Shown piece after piece: positions 57,679 to 64,000 of a stretch of 64,000 nucleotides of DNA (positions are counted from its first letter, which is position 1; every line of letters begins with the position of its first letter). The translations under genes were made by a program, and so were the position numbers. This DNA comes from an uncultured delta proteobacterium (GTDB lineage Bacteria; Myxococcota; Myxococcia; Myxococcales; Myxococcaceae): assembly GCA_963713045.1 (NCBI GenBank), contig CAVQKE010000004.1, forward strand, positions 96,001-160,000, given 5' to 3'. The notes below the pieces were generated by a model that did no database searches, was not told the origin of the DNA, and worked only from the letters and a program-made list of their open reading frames with translations.

Positions 57679-58284
57679 GTGCGCATCAACGACCGCCGAC
57701 GTTTTCACCCTGACGGCGCGCCGCGCGAGCCGAGCGTCGAGGCCGTGGATGAGGTCACGCCGCCGGCAAAGGAGAGTGCCCGGTCCGCTTCCCCCGAGGT
57801 CGCCGAGGAGATGGAGCAGCTGCGCGGTGAGTTGGCCGCCGCCCGGGAACGGGTGAATGAATTCGCTCGCGGCCTGCAGGAGTCGGTGCGGGACCGAGAG
57901 GCCTTCAAGGAGCGATTGGCGCGCGAGAACGAGCGCCTCCGCGACATCGAAAAGGCCGAGAACGCCCGTCTTGTCCTCGACGCGGTGGGCGCTCTGGACT
58001 TGTCGCTGCGCGCGGCGGATGCCTCGCCCTTGGCCCGTGGCGTCCAACTCATTCGGGACGACCTGGTGGCGAAGCTGGCCGCCCAGGGCATCGAGCGGCT
58101 CGAGTTGACTGGGGCGCGCTTCAACCCCAACCAAGCCGAGGCGATGGACACCGAAGTGGTGACCGACCCGGAGTCGGATGGCAAGGTGCTCTCGGAGGTA
58201 CGGGCGGGTTACACCTTGAACGGGCGAGTCGTACGTCCTGCGCAAGTGCGCGTCGGAAGGTACGTGCAGCCTGGCAGGGCTTAG
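57679..58284 (+). CDS. grpE: GrpE-family nucleotide exchange factor (GrpS-like)
   Basis: Coiled coil, [30 protein letters not shown]. Confidence 0.88.
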   Translation: MRINDRRRFHPDGAPREPSVEAVDEVTPPAKESARSASPEVAEEMEQLRGELAAARERVNEFARGLQESVRDREAFKERLARENERLRDIEKAENARLVLDAVGALDLSLRAADASPLARGVQLIRDDLVAKLAAQGIERLELTGARFNPNQAEAMDTEVVTDPESDGKVLSEVRAGYTLNGRVVRPAQVRVGRYVQPGRA

Positions 58285-58296
58285 ACTGGCTGGGAG

Positions 58297-59694
58297 ATGC
58301 TTCTCCCCGCCTTGCTTCTTCTCCTCAGCACCGTCGACCCTCAGCATTCGCTCGAGGATTGGGCGCGTGCCCGAGGGCGCGCCTTCGACGGAGATGTCAC
58401 CGGGCCGCCCATCTGGCGCGAGCGGACGCCGGGATCCAGCCTGCGGGACTTCACGCCTCCTGGCTCGCTGGCCCCGCTCATCCGCGCGGTCAGCCCCGGG
58501 GTGGTGAACGTCGTCACCTACCAAAACCCTGGGGACGGGATTCTGGCCGGACGGGTGCCGGCAGCCATGGGGTCGGGATTTCTCCTTGGTCCGGAGGGCT
58601 ATGCCGTCACCAACCATCACGTCGTGAAGGGCGCCGAGGCGCTGCAAATTCGACTCAGCGACGGCCGCGTCTTCGACGCCCAGCTGGTGGGCGCGGACCC
58701 CGGCACCGACGTCGCGCTCATCCGCGCTCAAACCCATGGAGCGCGTGACTTGCCGTCGGTGATGCTGGGCGACTCGGACACGCTCGAAGTCGGCGACTGG
58801 GTGGTGGCCATCGGCAATCCCTTCGGGCTCGAGCGGAGCGTGGCGCACGGGTTGATTTCGGCCAAGGAGCGCGTGCTCGGCGTGGGCGCCTTCGACGACT
58901 TTCTGCAGACCGATGCTCTCATCAACCCTGGCAACTCCGGGGGCCCACTGTTCAACATGCGAGGAGAGGTGGTGGGCATGGCGACGGCGGTGGTGACGCA
59001 CGCCCAAGGCATCGGCTTTGCGGTGCCCATCAACATGGTGAAGGACCTCTTGCCCAACCTCTTGGACAACGGGCACCTGGAGCGCGGCTGGCTCGGGCTC
59101 ACGGTCGCTGAACAGCCTTCCGCGGATGGGCGCTCGCGCCTGGCGGTGGTGCAGGAAGTCTTCCCGGGCAGCCCGGCGGCGACGACCGGCCTTCGCCCTG
59201 GAGACCGCATTACCCACGTCAACGGCAGGCCCTTCGACTCCTACCTCGCGCTGCTTCGAAAAATCTCGCTGCTTGCGCCGGGGACGCTGGTGCGCCTCAC
59301 CGTCCAACGCGGCGTGGCACCGGCCCGGGAATTGGTGGCCAGGGTGGGGGAGCCGCCCGCACAGCGGCCGGCGCCTCTTGCCGAGATGCCGCCGGCGGAG
59401 CCGGCGGTCGAGGACGTTCTCGGCATCTCCGTGGTGGACCTGGATGCGGAGGCAGGCCAGCGCCTTCGGGCCCCCGGTCCCGGCGTCCGGGTGGAGTCGC
59501 TCGAGGCCGGCGGCCCGGCGGCGCGGGCCGGGCTGCGGGTCGGCGACGTGGTGGTGGAAGTCGACGGGCGCCGGGTGACGTCGGCCGAGGATTTCCACGC
59601 GGCGCTCGCCCCGTATGCCGAGGGCAAGAAGCTGACGCTCAGGCTCGAGCGACGCGGCCAGTCCCGCACCGTCTTTTTGGGCGGAGGTGCCTAA
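58297..59694 (+). CDS. HtrA/DegP-family serine protease with two PDZ domains
   Basis: [35 protein letters not shown], two PDZ domains. Confidence 0.93.
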   Translation: MLLPALLLLLSTVDPQHSLEDWARARGRAFDGDVTGPPIWRERTPGSSLRDFTPPGSLAPLIRAVSPGVVNVVTYQNPGDGILAGRVPAAMGSGFLLGPEGYAVTNHHVVKGAEALQIRLSDGRVFDAQLVGADPGTDVALIRAQTHGARDLPSVMLGDSDTLEVGDWVVAIGNPFGLERSVAHGLISAKERVLGVGAFDDFLQTDALINPGNSGGPLFNMRGEVVGMATAVVTHAQGIGFAVPINMVKDLLPNLLDNGHLERGWLGLTVAEQPSADGRSRLAVVQEVFPGSPAATTGLRPGDRITHVNGRPFDSYLALLRKISLLAPGTLVRLTVQRGVAPARELVARVGEPPAQRPAPLAEMPPAEPAVEDVLGISVVDLDAEAGQRLRAPGPGVRVESLEAGGPAARAGLRVGDVVVEVDGRRVTSAEDFHAALAPYAEGKKLTLRLERRGQSRTVFLGGGA

Positions 59695-59722
59695 GGGCGC
59701 AGCGACACGGCAGTTGCCCTGT

Positions 59723-60345
59723 TTAGTGCCCTTCGTAGCGGGCCAGTACTGCGCCGCTGCTGGTGGAGACCAGCAGGGCGTCCAAGTGTGCGCGGCAGCC
59801 GGTCAGCTTTCCTCCCCCTTGTGTGGCAGCGCCCAGAAGCCTTCGGGGCTGAAGAGGAGCTCCACCCGGACGTCGCGCCGGCGGAAGAGGCGCTCCACCG
59901 AGTCCACCGTCTCCCCCTCGGGCAGCACCCCGGCCAACTCCAGCTGCGGAAACAGCGGGTTGCCATGGCTGTCCGTCTTCTTCGGCGTGGTGTTGGTCAG
60001 GGCGTGCGCCCCTCCGGGGAAAAATGGTGTCACCAGGACGGTGAAGTCTCCGCCCGCCGCGCCCGAGGGGGCGAAGGCCACCATGCTTGCCGCGTCCTCG
60101 CGAACCAAGGCGTAGAACCGCTTGCCATTGACGCTTTTCTGGAAGGTCTCGGCCTTTTGCCGGCACTGCGAGGTATTGGTCGCGTCCCCGCAGTCCCCGG
60201 TGTACTGCTCGAGAAAGCCGGCCAGCCCCCCGTCAAACGTCTGCGCGCTGGCTTTGAGGGCTTCGAAGCGCGCGTCCTGGGCCCAGGCAAGCCACGGCAA
60301 AAGCACAACCACCAGCGTCCAACGTCTCACGGCCATTTCCCCCAT
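59723..60345 (-). pseudogene. Exported myxobacterial hypothetical protein (possibly DUF6066-like) with an apparent frameshift in a G5 run
   Basis: Signal peptide, FLEQYTGDC. The annotated frame ends FWALPHKGEES*; adding one G at 59814-59818 gives [19 protein letters not shown]...EGH* ending at 59723. Confidence 0.6.
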
Positions 60346-60393
60346 CAGGTCGGTATTTTGACTACATCTGACTACCAGCTACCGTAGGCCACC

Positions 60394-60741
60394 ATGCACG
60401 ACCGCCGCGGCAGCCTGCGCTTCGACAAAGTCTTCACTGTGTACATCACCACGTCGGACGGGATGGCCCGTGGCATTGCCCGCAACATCTCCGCCGCCGG
60501 ACTGTACGTGGAAACCCAAGCCGCTGTGTTGCTGGGTGGCCGACTTCGCCTCACCTTCACCGGAGAGGACGGCACGGAGATGACGTGCCTGTGCGAGGTC
60601 CGCTACCAGGTGGCCCTCTCCTACGGCGCCAAGGGCGGCCGCGCTGGGCACAGCCGCGGGCTTGGGCTGCGCGTCGTCGCCTATGAGACGCGCGAGGACG
60701 AGCCGCTGCTGTTGGTGGACCGCGCGCGCGTGATGCACTGA
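60394..60741 (+). CDS. Stand-alone PilZ domain protein (CdbS-like)
   Basis: RRGSLR (RxxxR) and NISAAG (D/NxSxxG) c-di-GMP motifs; located beside grpE-htrA and gdh. Confidence 0.85.
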   Translation: MHDRRGSLRFDKVFTVYITTSDGMARGIARNISAAGLYVETQAAVLLGGRLRLTFTGEDGTEMTCLCEVRYQVALSYGAKGGRAGHSRGLGLRVVAYETREDEPLLLVDRARVMH

Positions 60742-60752
60742 AGCCGGCGGGG

Positions 60753-62303
60753 TCAGTTCGAAAAGCCTTCCAAGAGGTAGTGAGCCTCGATGCGCTTCAG
60801 GGCCAAAATCATCGCCGCCAACCGGGGCTCGACTTCTCTGCCGACCGTGAACGGCCGGCTGTCATGCATCTCGGTGCGGCGCGGTCGATTCTTCGAGATG
60901 TCGCGGATGATGCGGTAGTTGCGCTTGATGGCGTGCTCGAGCTTGGCGTTCACCTCTTGCTCGCTCCAGGACTCCATCCGTTTGTTTTGGAGCCACTCAT
61001 AGTAGCTGACGGTGACGCCGCCAGCGTTGGCGATGATGTCCGGAATCAAGTCAATCCCACGCTTCACCAACACCTGGTCTGCGTCTGGGGTGGTCGGTCC
61101 GTTGGCGCCCTCAGCGATGAGTTTCACTTTGAGCCGCTCGGCCACATCGGCCGTAATCTCCCCGCCCAAGGCGGCGGGGATGAACATGTCGGCGGCCACG
61201 TCCCACAGGTCCTTCTTCTCCATGCGCTGCGCGCCGGGAAAGCCGGCGACGCTTCGCTTGAGATTGGTCGGGTCGTTGACGTGGGCGATGAGCGCTGGAA
61301 TGTCGATGCCGTCGCCGTTGTAGAGCGTTCCATCCGCATCATTGACGGCCAGCAGTCGTGCTCCCAGGCCGGCCAGAATTTCTGCCGCGTTGGAGCCGAC
61401 GTTCCCGAAGCCTTGTAGGGTGAATGTCTTGCCGCGGAGCGACTCGTTCCTCTCCGCGTAGAAGTCCTCGATGCAGTACACCACTCCCTGGCCGGTGGCC
61501 TTGACCCGGCCCTCGGAGCCGCCGATGCGGACGTCTTTGCCGGTGACGATGGCCCGGCCGGTGTGCCGTTCCCGTTCGCCATCGATGTATTGGCGCATCA
61601 GCAGCGCCATGATTTCGCCGTTGGTCCCCACGTCTGGGGCCGGGATGTCGATGCTGGGCCCGATGAGATTCTTCAACTTGAACATGAAGCGCAGGGTGAT
61701 GTTCTGCAGCTCCTCCCGCCCATATTGACGCGGGTCAATCTGGATGCCGCCCTTGGCTCCGCCGAAGGGCACTTCGCAGATGGCCGTCTTCCAGGTCATC
61801 TCCGCCGCCAGCGCCTTGAAGAGGTCCAGTGAGACGTCGCGGTGATAGCGGATACCGCCCTTGTACGGGCCACGCGCCTGGTTGTGTTGGACGCGGTAGG
61901 CCTTGAAGCGTGCCGACTCACCGGGGACCAGCTGGAAGACGTTTCCGTCGGGAAGGCGCAAATGTCCCCGGCGGATGACGACGTCGGAGCCCAAGAGGGC
62001 CTTGCCGTTGAGAATAATCTGCCCATCGGCCAGCCGCTCCAGTCCACCGGGGTCGCGGACCTGGGTCACCGGGAGGTCCGAGAACTGCGCCGCCGCGTCC
62101 TTGTGCAGTGGCCGCAGCCGGTCCTTCAGCTTGGTGGTGACGTAGAAAATGTGCTCGTAGTCCGGCTCCTCCAACTCCAGGCGCACGCGCGGATTCAGTC
62201 CGGTGGTGTCCGCGGCGCGGTGGAAAATCTCCATCGCGTCCGTGTAGAGCGTGCGGCGCGGCGTCGGGCTCGGCACGCGCATGAAGTTCTCGGGTTCGGG
62301 CAT
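60753..62303 (-). CDS. gdhA: Glu/Leu/Phe/Val dehydrogenase (glutamate dehydrogenase) with an N-terminal insertion
   Basis: YRVQHN.ARGPYKGGIRY, MTWK, GGAKGG, DIPAPDVGT, QGFGNVG, EGANGP, NAGGVTVSY. ATG 62303 chosen. Confidence 0.9.
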   Translation of the reverse strand: MPEPENFMRVPSPTPRRTLYTDAMEIFHRAADTTGLNPRVRLELEEPDYEHIFYVTTKLKDRLRPLHKDAAAQFSDLPVTQVRDPGGLERLADGQIILNGKALLGSDVVIRRGHLRLPDGNVFQLVPGESARFKAYRVQHNQARGPYKGGIRYHRDVSLDLFKALAAEMTWKTAICEVPFGGAKGGIQIDPRQYGREELQNITLRFMFKLKNLIGPSIDIPAPDVGTNGEIMALLMRQYIDGERERHTGRAIVTGKDVRIGGSEGRVKATGQGVVYCIEDFYAERNESLRGKTFTLQGFGNVGSNAAEILAGLGARLLAVNDADGTLYNGDGIDIPALIAHVNDPTNLKRSVAGFPGAQRMEKKDLWDVAADMFIPAALGGEITADVAERLKVKLIAEGANGPTTPDADQVLVKRGIDLIPDIIANAGGVTVSYYEWLQNKRMESWSEQEVNAKLEHAIKRNYRIIRDISKNRPRRTEMHDSRPFTVGREVEPRLAAMILALKRIEAHYLLEGFSN

Positions 62304-62730
62304 GGTTGGGTTCTCAGCAGTTTGTGGGTTGGTACTGGGCCACGCCGTCGGCGTCAAAATTTGGGCCCGGCAGGCCAAGCAATTCGCGCGCCCCTCTCGC
62401 ACAGCGTTGAACGCGCGGTCGACACCAGTCTCTTCGCATGAAACGCATGGAAAATCAAATGCTTGCGCGATGCGTCGAGTCGCTCCATCGAGGTCCAGAC
62501 TGCCGGTGCGCGAAGCGCGCTGCGCACTACCGGTGTCTCCGCTACGCGCCCTGGCTCGGGGCGGTGCGCGTGATTTCATTCGCTGCCGGCGTCCTTCATT
62601 TCCCGAACTCGATGGCCGGCGTCGGACACCAGATGCCGCTTCTGGTTGGGGGAGGAAGCTGAATGGGTCCGCCTCTGGAAGCGGACGGTCGAACACCTGT
62701 GGTCGATTTCGGGCGGCTTTCGGAACGACT

Positions 62731-62758
62731 TGATATGTGACCATTAGGTCACATATCA
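62731..62758. promoter_or_regulatory. Perfect 12-4-12 palindrome, probable ArsR operator overlapping the promoter
   Basis: TGATATGTGACC-ATTA-GGTCACATATCA, overlapping TTGATA (62730) and TATCAT (62754). Confidence 0.8.
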
Positions 62759-62766
62759 TTTAGTTC

Positions 62767-63084
62767 ATGGACGACGACCGCATCTTCAAGGCGCTTGCCG
62801 ATCCAACCCGTCGCCTCCTTCTAGATCGCCTCTACAAGCGCGACGGCCAGACCCTCTCCGAGCTTGAGTCGCTCGTGGAAATGACGCGGTTTGGCGTCAT
62901 GAAGCACCTACGGCAACTCGAGAGCGCGGGGCTGGTCGTCACGACCAGATCGGGACGCGAGAAGTTGCATTACCTGAACCCGGTGCCGATCCGACTGGTC
63001 CTGGACCGATGGATCGACAAGTACACAGAGCGTCGCGTGTCGGCGCTCGCGGACCTCAAGTCCACATTGGAGAAGAACCGATGA
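62767..63084 (+). CDS. ArsR/SmtB-family transcriptional regulator
   Basis: FKALADPTRR, GQTLSEL, MTRFGVMKHL, GLV, GREKLHYLN. Confidence 0.92.
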   Translation: MDDDRIFKALADPTRRLLLDRLYKRDGQTLSELESLVEMTRFGVMKHLRQLESAGLVVTTRSGREKLHYLNPVPIRLVLDRWIDKYTERRVSALADLKSTLEKNR

Positions 63085-63593
63085 AGACGAACGACCCGAA
63101 GACGATTCAGATCTACCGCATCTACATTTGTGCCGCACCGCAAGCGATCTGGGACGCGATCACCCAGCCAGAGTTCACCCGGCGCTACGGCTACTGCACC
63201 CCGGTGGAGTACGACCTGCGGCAGGGCGGGAAGTTCAGAGCACTGGCCAACGAGGGCATGAAGAAGTTCCCCGGTATTCCTGACGTCGTGGGCGACGGTG
63301 AGGTGATCGAATGCGACCCGCCGAGGCGGTTGGTGCAGACGTGGCGCATGACGATGACGCCGGAGCTGAAGGCAGAGGGCTTTACTCGGGTGACATGGGA
63401 GATCGAGCCAGGGCGCGGCGGCGTGAGCCGGCTGACGGTAACGCACGATCTCGCCGGAGCAGTGCAGTGGGGCGCGGTGCTCGCCGGGGAGCTTGAGGCG
63501 CAGGGCGCCGGCGGCGGATGGATGGAGGTCTTGAGCGGGATGAAGACGCTGCTCGAGACGGGGCAGGGGTTAGCGCCGCAGAGCGGCCGGTAG
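63081..63593 (+). CDS. SRPBCC (AHSA1/START-like) domain protein
   Basis: YRIYI.A.P..IWDAIT, GEVIECDPPRRLVQTW, GW..VLSGMKTLLETG; ATGA overlap with arsR. Confidence 0.9.
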   Translation: MKTNDPKTIQIYRIYICAAPQAIWDAITQPEFTRRYGYCTPVEYDLRQGGKFRALANEGMKKFPGIPDVVGDGEVIECDPPRRLVQTWRMTMTPELKAEGFTRVTWEIEPGRGGVSRLTVTHDLAGAVQWGAVLAGELEAQGAGGGWMEVLSGMKTLLETGQGLAPQSGR

Positions 63594-63809
63594 GCGCCCC
63601 CGGGCCGGCCGCGCTCGATCTCGCGTGGGTGGAGCGCGCCGGGTCGCGCGGAAGCGGGAAGTGGATTCTTGGTGGGGCGATAAGCTCCAAACCACGACGC
63701 TGCTGCACTAGGCTCGCCCGGCCACCCGTCTGTGAAGAAGTGGTTGCAGAGACTGGTTGCAAACCGAGCAGTACTTACCTAGATGCACCGCGCTGTCCCA
63801 GAACACCTT

Positions 63810-63881
63810 GCCCCTGTAGCTCAGCGGTAGAGCAACGGTTTCGTAAACCGTGGGTCGGCGGTTCAATCCCGCCCGGGGGCT
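63810..63881 (+). tRNA. tRNA-Thr(CGT); CCA not encoded
   Basis: Acceptor stem GCCCCTG/CGGGGGC, D arm GCTC-AGCGGTA-GAGC, anticodon arm ACGGT-TTCGTAA-ACCGT, T arm GGCGG-TTCAATC-CCGCC. Confidence 0.95.
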
Positions 63882-64000
63882 CTCGTTGTAATGCAGCGAC
63901 TTTGTGCTCGTCATACCGTGCCGAACGAAGCTCCCGCGGTACAGGTGACGAATCCTCCTGCACGTTGGCTGTTCGTCGCTCCGGGAAGAAGACAGCCGGT

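Noticed and set aside
55900..59598. 1232-aa ORF suggesting a giant HutU fusion
   Set aside because: The extension is the antisense shadow of grpE and htrA; HutU starts at 57564.
61908..62126. Intein in gdh
   Set aside because: No N-terminal Cys/Ser or C-terminal His-Asn at the insert boundaries, and it is too short.
1..64000. CRISPR arrays, rRNA, transposases, integrases, phage genes
   Set aside because: No regularly spaced repeats or characteristic protein motifs were seen.

Overview
GC-rich 64 kb segment, most likely from a myxobacterium (Myxococcota). The call rests on CdbA/CdbB-like RHH proteins, a CdbS-like PilZ/GrpE/HtrA locus, a long PilT paralog and a PP2C-cNMP phosphatase. 1-6.6 kb: putative oxygen-sensing module (hemN, globin-coupled histidine kinase, two USP genes, NtrC-type sigma54 activator). 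Each of its three predicted promoters has a GG-N10-G(C/A) sigma54-like box and paired CGCAA-N3-TTGCG palindromes at nearly constant distance. 6.7-18.8 kb: accessory genes (arylsulfatase cassette, orphan HisA-like enzyme, MFS, DUF5996-like protein, MDR oxidoreductase, GT-C glycosyltransferase, TolC). 19-33 kb: phosphatase, coaBC, UDG, esterase, a B12-dependent lysine-degradation cluster (kdd-kamD-kamE-kal-kce, no kamA), a frameshifted M49 peptidase and a Zn/Mn ABC pair without a binding protein. 36-62 kb: largely core genes (carboxyltransferase, EEP, pilT, cdbB-cdbA, tilS, ftsH, folP, acs, glmM, pdxJ, nnr, tsaE, hutI, hutU, grpE, htrA, PilZ, gdh). The window ends with ArsR-SRPBCC and tRNA-Thr(CGT). 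The best novel candidate is a ~160-nt three-hairpin small RNA between cdbA and tilS. It has a sigma54-like promoter, a C-rich anti-SD-like loop and an intrinsic terminator. No CRISPR array, rRNA or transposase was seen. All calls come from motif recognition by eye; no searches were run.
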